Counted from the first letter of the stretch, positions 29,140 through 38,776 are shown. The stretch is 64,000 nucleotides of DNA from Dehalococcoidia bacterium (GCA_965197405.1 OZ240206.1:1408179-1472178), one strand, 5' to 3'. The notes: generated by a model not told the origin, from the letters alone. Program-made: numbers and translations.

Positions 29140-29181
29140 TGAATGGCCCTGCCTAACTAATGAATGGCCCTGCCTAACTAA
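29140..29181. repeat. perfect tandem duplication of a 21-nt unit TGAATGGCCCTGCCTAACTAA
   Basis: Two identical adjacent copies, read directly. Confidence 0.9.
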
Positions 29182-29209
29182 CCCGGCGACTTGAGTATGG
29201 AGGCTACAG

Positions 29210-31126
29210 ATGCCCGCAGAAATCATTGAAACCAACCCCACGCCCTTCAACAAGGTCAGCGTTGACCCGATAACCCTCGATATAATTGAAAGCGCCCTCC
29301 GTAACGCGCGCTTTGAGATGGATGCGGTGCTGTTCCGCACCGCCATGTCGCCGGGAATCCGTGAGCAGCACGACGAGTTCCCGATGATTGCCAACCCCGA
29401 CGGCAAGATGGTCGTCGGGCAGTTCGGCTCCTTCGTCCACGGCTTCAAGCGAGAGTACGACGGGACAATCGAGGAGGGGACCACCTTCCTCACCTCCGAC
29501 CCGTACAGCTGCGGGGGCGCGATCAGCCACGCCAACGACTGGCTCGTGCTGAAGCCCGTCTACCTGGAGGGCAGGCTCATAGGCTATATCGCCATGTTCG
29601 GCCACATGACCGACCTCGGCGGCAAGGTGCCGGGCAGCCTGCCGACGGACGCCAACCAGATATACGAAGAGGGGGTCGTCATCCCCATCGTCAAGATATA
29701 CAAGGATAACCAGCTTCAAGAGGACGTGCTAAAGGTTATCCTACACCAGTGCCGCCTGCCCCAATGGAACCGGAGCGATTTCAACGCCTTGATCGCCGCC
29801 GTCAATCTGGCCGAAAGGCGCGTCCTGGACCTCTGCGAGCGCTTCGGGGTGGACACATACGTCTCGGCTTGCGACGACCTCCTGGAGCGCAACCGGCGCG
29901 CCATGGTGCAACTCATCCAGACCACCGTCTCGGAGGAGAAGCTATATTTCGAGGACTTCGTCTGCGACGACGGCATCGGGATGGGGCCGTACAAGATCGC
30001 CTGCACCATGTGGCGCGAGGGCGACCAGGTAATCTTCGACTTCGAGGGCACCGACCCTCAATCGGCAAGCTCCATCAACTTCTTCCTTAACGAGGAGATG
30101 TTCAAGATGTTCGTGGGGGTCTACATGATCAACGTGTTCGACCCCCAGATTCTGTTCAACGACGGCTTCTACGACCACCTCGACGTGCGCATCCCCCCGG
30201 GCACCCTGCTCAAGCCCCTGAAGCCCGCGGCCCTCTCGTCCCGCACCCACGCGCTGGGGCGCATCTTCGACGTTATAGGGGGACTCCTGGGCCAGCGGGC
30301 GCCGGAGTTCCTCATAGCCGCCGGGTTCTCGGACAGCCCTCACCTGATGTATTCGGGCTACAACAAAGACGGCGAGTGGTACCAGCTTTACCAGATTGGC
30401 TTCGGCGGCATCCCCGGACGGCCCTTCGGCGATGGCCCCGACGGCCATTCCCTGTGGCCCTCCTTCACCAACGTGCCCAACGAGTTCCTTGAGAGCTACT
30501 TCCCGCTGCGCATGGAGATATACGAGACCATCGCCGACTCGGGAGGCCCCGGGTTCTTCCGGGGGGGCAACGGGATCAAGATTGGCTACAGGTGCCTGGA
30601 GCCGGGTGAGATGTCCATCCACGACGACCGCTGGCTCACCTATCCCTGGGGCGTGAACGGCGGGCTGCCCGGCGGCAGGAGTCGCAAGGAAATTATCCGG
30701 GCGGACGGCACGGCCGAAATCCTCCAGTCCAAGTGCGACCACGTAAAGGTGGACGTGGGCGACCTGCTGATTCTCTACACCTGGGGCGGCGGCGGCTGGG
30801 GCGACCCCTACAAGCGGGACCCGGAGAAGGTCGCCCTGGACGTGAGGCGCGGCCTGGCAACCCACGAGGGGGCCAGGCGCTACGGTGTCGTGCTCGGCGA
30901 TGATTACGTCGTGGACGAGAAGGCGACGGCGGAGCTTCGCGCCGACCTTTCCGCCCAGCGGGGCGAGCCGAAGATGTTCGACCGCGGCGGGACCATCGAG
31001 GACCTCAAGGCCCGCTGCCTCGCGGAGACCGGCCTCGAGCCGCCAAGGGACCCCGTCTTCCCCCAGCACATTCTGAGGGCTGCCCAGAAGGAGATGTCGA
31101 GGCGGGTCCCGGCGGCAGCCGACTAA
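29210..31126 (+). CDS. hyuB: hydantoinase B/oxoprolinase family, B subunit
   Basis: 638 aa. Characteristic 'DPITLDIIESALRNARFEMD' N-terminus and 'GGGGWGDP' near the C-terminus. GGAGG upstream. Confidence 0.85.
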   Translation: MPAEIIETNPTPFNKVSVDPITLDIIESALRNARFEMDAVLFRTAMSPGIREQHDEFPMIANPDGKMVVGQFGSFVHGFKREYDGTIEEGTTFLTSDPYSCGGAISHANDWLVLKPVYLEGRLIGYIAMFGHMTDLGGKVPGSLPTDANQIYEEGVVIPIVKIYKDNQLQEDVLKVILHQCRLPQWNRSDFNALIAAVNLAERRVLDLCERFGVDTYVSACDDLLERNRRAMVQLIQTTVSEEKLYFEDFVCDDGIGMGPYKIACTMWREGDQVIFDFEGTDPQSASSINFFLNEEMFKMFVGVYMINVFDPQILFNDGFYDHLDVRIPPGTLLKPLKPAALSSRTHALGRIFDVIGGLLGQRAPEFLIAAGFSDSPHLMYSGYNKDGEWYQLYQIGFGGIPGRPFGDGPDGHSLWPSFTNVPNEFLESYFPLRMEIYETIADSGGPGFFRGGNGIKIGYRCLEPGEMSIHDDRWLTYPWGVNGGLPGGRSRKEIIRADGTAEILQSKCDHVKVDVGDLLILYTWGGGGWGDPYKRDPEKVALDVRRGLATHEGARRYGVVLGDDYVVDEKATAELRADLSAQRGEPKMFDRGGTIEDLKARCLAETGLEPPRDPVFPQHILRAAQKEMSRRVPAAAD

Positions 31127-31144
31127 TCCACCATCTCCATCAGG

Positions 31145-31279
31145 GTCATTCCGAACGTAGCGAAGCGGAGTGAGGAATCTGAAATGGTGACTAACAAAAA
31201 AACCGGAATCAAGGCGCGCCGGCCAGAACAAGGCCGTAGTCGGCTAGCACTTTAGACCCCTCGCTCCGCTTGGGGTGAC
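31145..31279. repeat. MITE-like palindromic repeat, family 1, copy 2 (same orientation as copy 1)
   Basis: Aligns along its length with 29003-29136. Confidence 0.7.
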
Positions 31280-31366
31280 AATCAAAAGACCCTGCCATCT
31301 CCGGTGGATATGCAGCATATAGCGGACTATATCTGCCGTTGGAAAGGCCGGAAAGGAATATAGCTA

Positions 31367-32014
31367 ATGGGCCAGCAAAGTCTACAGGACAATTATCAAG
31401 GAGTCTTCGACGGGCGGATTGGGTATGGCCGCAAGCCGGCCGTGATTGTGGTTGATTTCATCAATGCCTACACCACCCCAGGCTCGCCCCTGTACGCGGC
31501 GCCGGTGGTGGACGCCGTGCGGGAGACCGCCCCGCTGCTGGACATGGCCCGTCGCAACGGGGTCCTGGTGATATACAGCCGGGTGATTTACTCGCCCCAC
31601 GGCGTGGACGGCGGCATCTTCGTGCGAAAGGTCCCGGTGCTGCGGAAGATGGTGGAAGGAGAACCCCTGGCCGACATCGTTCCGGAGCTTCCGCCCGCTC
31701 CCCAGGACGTCATCATCAACAAGCAGTACGCCAGCGTCTTCTTCGGCACCTCCCTGGCGGCGACCCTCACCAGCCAGGGGGTGGACACCGTGATAGTGAC
31801 CGGCTGCTCGACGAGCGGCTGCGTTCGCGCCACGGCGGTGGACGGAATGCAGTACGGCTTTCGCGTCATCGTGCCAAGGGAGTGCGTGGGCGACCGCCAC
31901 CCGGAGCCTCACGAAGCCAACCTGTTCGACATAGACAGCAAGTACGGGGACGTGGTATCGAAGGGCGAGGTCCTGGAGTACCTGGCGACCGCTTCCGGTG
32001 TCCCCAGTGCCTAG
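31367..32014 (+). CDS. isochorismatase-family cysteine hydrolase (N-carbamoylsarcosine amidase-like)
   Basis: 'AVIVVDFINAY' and 'VIVTGCSTSGCVRATAVDG' (Asp/Lys/Cys hydrolase fold). Confidence 0.75.
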   Translation: MGQQSLQDNYQGVFDGRIGYGRKPAVIVVDFINAYTTPGSPLYAAPVVDAVRETAPLLDMARRNGVLVIYSRVIYSPHGVDGGIFVRKVPVLRKMVEGEPLADIVPELPPAPQDVIINKQYASVFFGTSLAATLTSQGVDTVIVTGCSTSGCVRATAVDGMQYGFRVIVPRECVGDRHPEPHEANLFDIDSKYGDVVSKGEVLEYLATASGVPSA

Positions 32015-32146
32015 CGCTACCGACCAGCTACTTTCAACCGCACTCTAAAACCCCTTGCATATGGTCAAGCCTCATCCCAGTCCACAGACAGGCAGAGCTG
32101 CTGTCCGAGCAATCGTCAAGTTTCTTGAGGCTATAGGGGTGACGCC

Positions 32147-32488
32147 ATGATGGAGTACAAGGGGTATATCGCCACAATCGAATACGACGATTCTGTGGAC
32201 TTGTTTCATGGTGCTGTCGTGAATGCTGGGCCCTATCCGATAGTGACATTCGAGGCCTCCGACGTGGAAGGGCTGAAACGTGAGCTTCAAACATCCATCG
32301 AGGACTATTTGGCTTGGTGCGCAGAGGACGGTGTTGAGCCTCGGCGGCCATTTTCAGGTAAATTGGACCTGCAATTGGGGTCGGACTTGCACCGTCGCGT
32401 GGCCATTTCCGCTGCCAAGACTGGCATGAGCATCAATGCTTGGATAACTAGCACGCTGGAAAAGGAAGCGGACTCTCTCCAAACCTAG
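32147..32488 (+). CDS. HicB-family antitoxin-like protein, no adjacent hicA
   Basis: 'YKGYIATIEYDDSVDLFHGAVVN' N-terminus and a ribbon-helix-helix-like C-terminus 'LDLQLGSDLHRRVAISAAKTGMSINAWI'. Confidence 0.6.
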   Translation: MMEYKGYIATIEYDDSVDLFHGAVVNAGPYPIVTFEASDVEGLKRELQTSIEDYLAWCAEDGVEPRRPFSGKLDLQLGSDLHRRVAISAAKTGMSINAWITSTLEKEADSLQT

Positions 32489-32605
32489 TGCCCTTGGCAG
32501 TCCGCTCACGGTCCCCGGTATGCACCCGTGCAATTCCACCGGGTGAAGTAGTATACTGGTGTCAGCACAAGTCGAGCCAGCACAAATCAGGAAGGAGTGG
32601 CGGTT

Positions 32606-33067
32606 ATGGTAAAGATTAGCAAGGTCGCACACGTTGTCCTTAACGTCCGTGACCCGGAGGAATCGGCCAAGTGGTACTGTGACGTGCTGGGGATGGAGCT
32701 CCTGCACCTCAACGAGGATCTGGGGATGGCCTTTCTCTCCTTCGGGGTCTCGGACCACGACATCGCCCTTATGAAGGCGCCCGAGGGTGTGGAGACGGGC
32801 AGCCCGGGCATGAGCCACACCGCCTTGCAGATTGAGGGTGGCGAAGAGGACCTGAGGGACCTGTACCAGAAGCTGCTGGACTCCGGCAGCCGCATTGATT
32901 TCCTCACCGACCACGGCCTCAGCAAGAGCATCTACCTGTTCGACCCGGACGGCAACCGTCTGGAGGTCTTCTACCAGACGATGTATGGCGAAGAGGCCAA
33001 ACAGTACATGCGAGAAGGACGCTCCGGCCTCGCCCCCTACGAGCTGGAGCCGAGCGCAGCGCCCTAG
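32606..33067 (+). CDS. VOC (glyoxalase/extradiol dioxygenase) family protein
   Basis: 'KVAHVVLNVRDPEESAKWYCDVLGME' and 'GMSHTALQIE...SIYLFDPDGNRLEVF'. ATG at 32606 with GGAAGGAG upstream. Confidence 0.75.
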   Translation: MVKISKVAHVVLNVRDPEESAKWYCDVLGMELLHLNEDLGMAFLSFGVSDHDIALMKAPEGVETGSPGMSHTALQIEGGEEDLRDLYQKLLDSGSRIDFLTDHGLSKSIYLFDPDGNRLEVFYQTMYGEEAKQYMREGRSGLAPYELEPSAAP

Positions 33068-33117
33068 CCGGGCCAGGCCCCGAGCATATTATAAGGGCCG
33101 TAGATAGCAGCCGCCTG

Positions 33118-33366
33118 GTAGCGTTTCCATTCAGGTAGCTGGGCTTCTCCTGCGTCGTCCCGTGCACGATGTCACCGCCATGAAATTAGCCTTCGTCATA
33201 CCCGCGAAGCTTGTCCCCGTGAAAACGGGGAGCGGGTATCCACAGCCAGGGTCCCCTGGACTCCCGCTTTCGCGGGAGTGACGGTACAGATAAACGGGGC
33301 AACCACAAGGGTTGCCCCTACCAACGACGGACTGTTCCGTAGGGGCGTCCACAAGGGACGCCCCTA
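33118..33366. repeat. cluster of four different perfect or near-perfect hairpins plus a shared 45-nt module
   Basis: Hairpins at 33198-33239, 33260-33279, 33296-33318 and 33341-33365. The module 'gcgtttccattcag..tg.g.ttc.cctgcgtcgtccc' recurs at 38613-38656. Confidence 0.6.
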
Positions 33367-33391
33367 TCACCCGGTAATCGCAACGAATCGG

Positions 33392-34801
33392 TTAGCCTTC
33401 CCCCGGGGGCAGGGATGAAAACAGGGCCACCAGGTTCGAGACCCTTTCCACCCCCTCCAGGTTGTCAATGGCCGCGAGTATCCCGTTGACCCGGTCCCCT
33501 TCGATGACCTGGGAGGTGATGGCGACGAACTTGCTCCTGAGCTCATCGGCGCTCTGAGCTTCCCCAACACTCTCCACGCGCGCGTTGTATCTCTGCCCCG
33601 CCTTGGTGCGGACCATGACCTTACTCATGCGAAGGTGTCTCTCCTGGAAGACCCGCTCGCACTCCTCGTCGAAGGATAGCGTCACCCGCTTTGACATGGT
33701 CGCGACCTCGGGCTTGCCGGCGGTGGTCTCCGTGTACCAGTTTGGCCCACCCTCCCCGGCAAAGAGGGCTGCCGCTATCTGGTAAGGGGTGCTGAACTCC
33801 ATGTCCGACAGCCCGTGAGGATCCTGGTCGCCGAATCCGACCCCGTCGTGCTCGTTGGTGATGATCTCGATCTCTTCTATGTCGTCGAGGCCAATCCCGT
33901 GCTCTTTCACCAGGTCCTCAACGCCCGCTATGGCGGTATGGGTCACGGCACACCCGGGGTAGACCTTCGAGGTGAAATCCCGGATGTGGTACGTCCGGCC
34001 AAACCCCGCCGTAAGCCGTTCCTCCTTGAAAATGTCCATCCCCAGCATCACCGACAGCCCCTTCTCGCCGTCCAGGACGTTGTTCTCCTGCAACATCTTC
34101 AGGCCCTTCCTCGCGGATGCGGCGGCGAAGGCCCCCGTCATGCACATCCAGGCCCAACCCTGCTTGATGTCCTTCCTTGGGGTGAGCCCCTCATCGCTAA
34201 TCCACTTGTACCAAGCGGGCACGGGCGTGTAAATGCCGGCCATGCCCAGGGCCGACAGCATCTCATCTTCGTCGAGTCCCAGCGCCCGCCCGGCGCCGCC
34301 CACTGCTGCGAATACCGATATGGTCTCCCCGCCAAGCTGCTTCGACTGCTCCATGCTCATGTCCATGGAGTGCTGCACTCGCGTCGCGCACTCGTACCCC
34401 GCCACCACGCTGGCGATTAGCTCCTTCCCCGAGATTCCCCGGGCCTCCCCGGCAGCCAGGGCGGCAGGCACTGCGAGAGCGCCGGGCCAGATCGCGCAGC
34501 GCCCGCTCTCGCTGCGGGCGTAATCGGAGTAGTCCAGCATGGTGGACAGCGCCCCGTTGCCGAAGGCCGCCATCGCCGCCGATACCTTCGTACCGTCGCC
34601 GATGAGGGTGGCGTCGTCCCTTCCGCCCCCCAGGTCCTTCGCCAGCTCCAGGAAGGTCCTGGACAATCTCAGGGGATAGCCTCCAATCATGTTGCCTACG
34701 GCGTCCATGACAACAAGCTTCCCCTTTTCGACTACCTCGGGCGGCAGGTCTTCATATTTCAGGTTGGACAGGTAGCCAGCCAGATTTCTCGTAGAGGACA
34801 T
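33392..34801 (-). CDS. MmgE/PrpD family protein
   Basis: 469 aa, with overall MmgE/PrpD-like sequence. AGGAGG upstream of the ATG. Confidence 0.75.
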   Translation of the reverse strand: MSSTRNLAGYLSNLKYEDLPPEVVEKGKLVVMDAVGNMIGGYPLRLSRTFLELAKDLGGGRDDATLIGDGTKVSAAMAAFGNGALSTMLDYSDYARSESGRCAIWPGALAVPAALAAGEARGISGKELIASVVAGYECATRVQHSMDMSMEQSKQLGGETISVFAAVGGAGRALGLDEDEMLSALGMAGIYTPVPAWYKWISDEGLTPRKDIKQGWAWMCMTGAFAAASARKGLKMLQENNVLDGEKGLSVMLGMDIFKEERLTAGFGRTYHIRDFTSKVYPGCAVTHTAIAGVEDLVKEHGIGLDDIEEIEIITNEHDGVGFGDQDPHGLSDMEFSTPYQIAAALFAGEGGPNWYTETTAGKPEVATMSKRVTLSFDEECERVFQERHLRMSKVMVRTKAGQRYNARVESVGEAQSADELRSKFVAITSQVIEGDRVNGILAAIDNLEGVERVSNLVALFSSLPPGEG

Positions 34802-34937
34802 ATGTTACCTCCTTCATGCAGCTTCATAGGCACGTAGCTTCATAGCGCGCCAGTTCTCTTCGCCGTTCATCGAGCCGACGCGAGAATTATCAGTTATCAC
34901 AGCTCCCAATCGCATAGATATGTGCTAGTATAGACTC

Positions 34938-35144
34938 ATGCACGGCAGGGAATTCGTAAGGCGAGCCCGGCGATATGCCCGGAAGAACGGGGTTGACTTC
35001 GACTTCGACCCCAGCAAGGGCAAAGGCAGTCATGGACAAATCAGGATGGGCAACCGCCGCACCACTGTCCCGCATAGCGAGATTAATCCCAGGACCCTGG
35101 CGTCCATGCTTAGAGACCTCGGAATTGATAGGAGGGACTTCTAG
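34938..35144 (+). CDS. hicA: type II toxin HicA
   Basis: 68 aa, 'KGKGSHGQIRMGNRRTTVPH' HicA core. Directly abuts hicB. Confidence 0.8.
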   Translation: MHGREFVRRARRYARKNGVDFDFDPSKGKGSHGQIRMGNRRTTVPHSEINPRTLASMLRDLGIDRRDF

Positions 35145-35582
35145 ATGCAATACGCTTACCCATGTGAAGTCATCGGGAATGAGGATGACGGCGAGGGATT
35201 CACCCTTAACTTCCCTGACGTATACGGGGCCAACACCGGCGGCTGGACCAGGGAAGAAGCCCTGGAGATGGCCGGGGACTGTCTCGGTGTCGCCTTGAGC
35301 GGGTATGTCAAATGCCATGAAGACATTCCTGTCCCCAGTCCTGCGAAGAAAGGGCAGGTCTTGATCGCAGTGTCGCCCATCGTCGCGGCCAAGCTGTCCC
35401 TTTACACCGCCATGCGCGAACAGGGCATCACCAAAGTCGAACTGGCCGCCCGGCTGGGCGTCTACGAGAGTGCTGCCCGTAGGATTGTTGATCCAAGACA
35501 CCGGTCTCACATCAGCCAAGTTGAGAAGGCCCTCCGAGCCGTGGGGCGTTCATTGATTGTTGAAGATAGAGTAACAGCCTAA
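35145..35582 (+). CDS. hicB: type II antitoxin HicB with C-terminal HTH
   Basis: 'YAYPCEVIGNEDDGEGFTLNFPDVYGANTGGWTREEALEMAGDCL' plus an HTH 'ITKVELAARLGVYESAARRIVD'. Confidence 0.8.
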   Translation: MQYAYPCEVIGNEDDGEGFTLNFPDVYGANTGGWTREEALEMAGDCLGVALSGYVKCHEDIPVPSPAKKGQVLIAVSPIVAAKLSLYTAMREQGITKVELAARLGVYESAARRIVDPRHRSHISQVEKALRAVGRSLIVEDRVTA

Positions 35583-35597
35583 AGCCAGCCGCCCACC

Positions 35598-36989
35598 TTA
35601 TGCGGCGGGCGGTCTCATGGCGTGCCATGACGTATTCTGTTCGTAGGCGTGGGCCACCTTCAGGACCATCTCCTCTCCACCGGCCCGGCCCCCTATCTGG
35701 AGTCCTATGGGCAAGCCCTGGGAGCTGGTCCCGCAGGGTATGGTTATGGCAGGGGCGCTGGCTACGTTGAATATGGGGGTCAGAATATACGACAGGTTCG
35801 TCACCGCATCCCTCTCGAAGCCCTCTATTCTCTGGGCCGGCTTTCCCGTGGTGGGCAGCACCAGCACGTCGTACTGCTCCAGGGCTTCGTGGACCTGCTG
35901 CCTCAGCAGGCTCCTGAGCTTCTGGGACTTGTAGTAGGCCTGGGCCGGCATGATGCTACCCGTCAGAAGCCCTATGCGGTTGGCGTGGCCGTAGTCCTGG
36001 AGCCGGTCCCTGAGCCAGTCATGGTGGTCGAGGGCCGGCTCCATGACCAGCGACGGCAACGTAATTGTCCAGGCGTGCCGCGTGAGGGGGAGAGAGACCT
36101 CCTCCACCGACGCCCCCAGCTCTCCCAGTACCGAGGCGGCCTTAACGACGGCCTCTCGGACCTCCGGTTCCACAACATCGCTGTTAACCTGCTCCGTTAT
36201 CACCCCTATGCGCCTGCCCTTTATGTTCCCATCGAGGGCCTGCCTATAGTCGGGCACGGGTGAGTCCCAGGTATAGGGGTCCTTGGGGTCATAACCGGCA
36301 ATGGCCCCAAGGGTGATGGCGGCATCCTCCACCGTTCTTGACATGGGGCCAACCGTGTCCATAGACCAAACGCCCCGCATCAGCCCGTATCGGCTCACCC
36401 TGCCCCAGCTGGGCCTCAGACCCGCCAGCCCGCACCAGGACGAGGGCATTCTTATGGAGCCGCCGGTATCCTCGCCCAGGGAGGTCGCGCAGAGGAAAGC
36501 GGCGGTAGCGGCCCCCGAGCCGCTGCTGGACGCGCCGCAGTGCATGTCCAGGTCCCAGGGGTTGCGGGGAGTGCTGAAGCGCTGGGGGAGGCCTAGGGCA
36601 AACTCCGTGAGGTTAGTCTTGCCCAGCAGGATGGCCCCCGCATTTTTAAGATTCGCTATGACGGTGGCATCCTCCTCGGGGATGGAATCGGCGAGGAAAC
36701 GAGAGCCGCCCGTGGAGCGGATGCCCCTGGTCCAGAGCTGGTCCTTCACGCCCACGGGGATTCCGTGCATAGGCCCCAGGTAGCCGCCCTGGGCTATGGC
36801 CTGCTCCGCTTCACGCGCGGCCTGGAGGGCCTCTTTGCGGCACACCGTCAGATAGGAGTTGAACTTGAAGTCAATCTCGTCAATGCGGTCCAGGTAGGCC
36901 TCCGTAGCCTCCACGGGGGAGACCTCTCTTCTCTCAATCAGCCGCGAAAGCTCCGCTGCGGAAAGGAAGGGTATGTTTGCTTTTTCCAT
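35598..36989 (-). CDS. amidase-signature family amidase (GatA-like)
   Basis: 'GIPVGVKDQ...GASSSGSGAATA...GEDTGGSIRMPSS'. Confidence 0.85.
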   Translation of the reverse strand: MEKANIPFLSAAELSRLIERREVSPVEATEAYLDRIDEIDFKFNSYLTVCRKEALQAAREAEQAIAQGGYLGPMHGIPVGVKDQLWTRGIRSTGGSRFLADSIPEEDATVIANLKNAGAILLGKTNLTEFALGLPQRFSTPRNPWDLDMHCGASSSGSGAATAAFLCATSLGEDTGGSIRMPSSWCGLAGLRPSWGRVSRYGLMRGVWSMDTVGPMSRTVEDAAITLGAIAGYDPKDPYTWDSPVPDYRQALDGNIKGRRIGVITEQVNSDVVEPEVREAVVKAASVLGELGASVEEVSLPLTRHAWTITLPSLVMEPALDHHDWLRDRLQDYGHANRIGLLTGSIMPAQAYYKSQKLRSLLRQQVHEALEQYDVLVLPTTGKPAQRIEGFERDAVTNLSYILTPIFNVASAPAITIPCGTSSQGLPIGLQIGGRAGGEEMVLKVAHAYEQNTSWHAMRPPAA

Positions 36990-37135
36990 GATACCTCCTC
37001 GATACTTCCTTCAGAAGAAGTTGAGATAGGATTGGGGGCTTCTTTAGATTGCAGCGATCATAATTCTGAGAGGAGAGCCGGGAGAGGCCCTGCCGCTAGG
37101 GCGTGTTCACACTTCCTCGTCGCTCCCCCCACACT

Positions 37136-37278
37136 GTCATTCCGAAAGAGCGAAGCGACTGAGGAATCTAAAGTCCATGCCCATAAAGCCGGTCCGGCAA
37201 TGCTATGTGTGTCCGTCGCCGGAATGACACCATGACCGTGAAGAGGCTCTTTAGATTCCTCACTGCGTTCGGAATGAC
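37136..37278. repeat. MITE-like palindromic repeat, family 1, copy 3
   Basis: 'gtcattccgaaagagcgaagcgactgaggaatctaaag ... ctttagattcctcactgcgttcggaatgac'. Confidence 0.7.
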
Positions 37279-37327
37279 ATGATGCGGGCATTTCGGGACG
37301 CCTTGCGCTCCTTTGCATGAACACGCC

Positions 37328-38458
37328 CTAGTCAAGATGGTAGATTCTCGCGGCGTTACCTCCGCCGATCTTGGCCTTTTCCTCCTCAGTGCAATCTGCC
37401 AGAATCTCTTCGAGTATCTGCCTGCTCCTTGGGAAGGTAGACTCTTGGTGAGGATAATCCGAGCCCCACACAAGGTTGTCCACGCCTATAATGTCCCGGA
37501 GCCTGATGCCGAGAGCGTCTTCCTGGAAGCCGAGGAAAACGTTGCGGTGGAAATAGTCGCTGGGAAGCAGGTCATCCTTGAACCGGTGCCAGCTATCCCC
37601 CTTCCTGACAGGTCTTTCTACATAAGTGTAGTCGAGACGGTCCAGAAAGTGCGCGGCCCAGGACAGCTCCATCTCGATGGAGCCCACATGCAGTTTCGGA
37701 TAGCGCTCGAATACGCTGGCGAAGATCATAGAGGCGAGAGACATGCGGACCCAATGGTCCACATTGGTAAAGAAGGGACGGGTAGCGGCGTCGAAATCGG
37801 CGAACTCCTGACCTGGGCCGGCACGATTTGTGCCGATGTGAAGGTTAAGGGGAATCTCCATGTCCTGGGCGGCAGCCCATAGCGGTTCGTACTCCGCCAA
37901 ATCGTAGGACCTCCCCTCCGGAGGGTAAATCGTGATCATAGCCCCGGCAAGCCCCATCTTCGCGCACCTCTCCATCTCCCTCACACCCACCCATACGTCG
38001 TCCAAGTTGATCATGGCGATGCCCTTGATACGCTTGGGGAAGGGTTTACAGAACTCAGCAAGCCAGTCGTTGTACGTCCTGAACATAGAATTGAGAAGCT
38101 CGGTATCTGATAGGCTATATAGCACCGCGCCAACGCTGGGAAAGACTATGCCCACGTCAATCCCGTCAGTGTCCATGTCCTTTACGTGCTCTTCGGGGAT
38201 GTAGCCCCCGGGACGCACGTTTTCCACCCTATCGGAAAGAATCAAGCTTTCCGGTTCTTCAAACCTCACTCCGGCCTGCGTCCCGAAGAAAGCGGCGCCG
38301 ATCAGTGTATGGCCGTCGCAGGCCCAATAATCTGTCCCATCCTCAAGGCGGACAATTCGTGGAAGCCGGTCCTTGAACTCGCGTTCTCCCCGGCTCGTCC
38401 AGAGGTCTGGCGGCTCAACAATATGATTGTCAGATGATATGATTCTATAATCGGCCAT
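37328..38458 (-). CDS. amidohydrolase-2 (ACMSD-like TIM-barrel metal hydrolase) family protein
   Basis: 'IISSDNHIVEPPDLW' and 'VWGSDYPHQEST'. ATG at 38458 with GGGAGG upstream; the track ORF starts at 38515. Confidence 0.8.
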   Translation of the reverse strand: MADYRIISSDNHIVEPPDLWTSRGEREFKDRLPRIVRLEDGTDYWACDGHTLIGAAFFGTQAGVRFEEPESLILSDRVENVRPGGYIPEEHVKDMDTDGIDVGIVFPSVGAVLYSLSDTELLNSMFRTYNDWLAEFCKPFPKRIKGIAMINLDDVWVGVREMERCAKMGLAGAMITIYPPEGRSYDLAEYEPLWAAAQDMEIPLNLHIGTNRAGPGQEFADFDAATRPFFTNVDHWVRMSLASMIFASVFERYPKLHVGSIEMELSWAAHFLDRLDYTYVERPVRKGDSWHRFKDDLLPSDYFHRNVFLGFQEDALGIRLRDIIGVDNLVWGSDYPHQESTFPRSRQILEEILADCTEEEKAKIGGGNAARIYHLD

Positions 38459-38612
38459 CTCTGAGCCTCCCAAGGTTTTATTAGTACCCAGTCCAGCTTT
38501 CTGTATCCAGGACAACCCGTCCGGCTGCCGGCACGTGGAGTGAACCTCTGCGGCTGGCTCTAAGTATGCTCAAGGCGCTGAAATATGTCAACAGACATGC
38601 TTATAAGAAGTA

Positions 38613-38776
38613 GCGTTTCCATTCAGATGGTTGAGTTTCCTCTGCGTCGTCCCTGTCTGCCGTCAGACAGGCCACGCATCATGTCAGCCACAACCCCGCT
38701 TATGTCATTCCGAGCGCAGCGAGGAATCTAAAAATCTATGCTCTCGAATAAGCAGGGGCGATTCGCGATTCGCCCC
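38613..38776. repeat. composite repeat block: 45-nt shared module, half copy of family 1 (38704-38752), GC hairpin (38753-38776)
   Basis: 'gtcattccgagcgcagcgaggaatctaaaaatc' lacks a right terminal repeat. It is followed by 'aggggcgattcgcgattcgcccct'. Confidence 0.55.
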
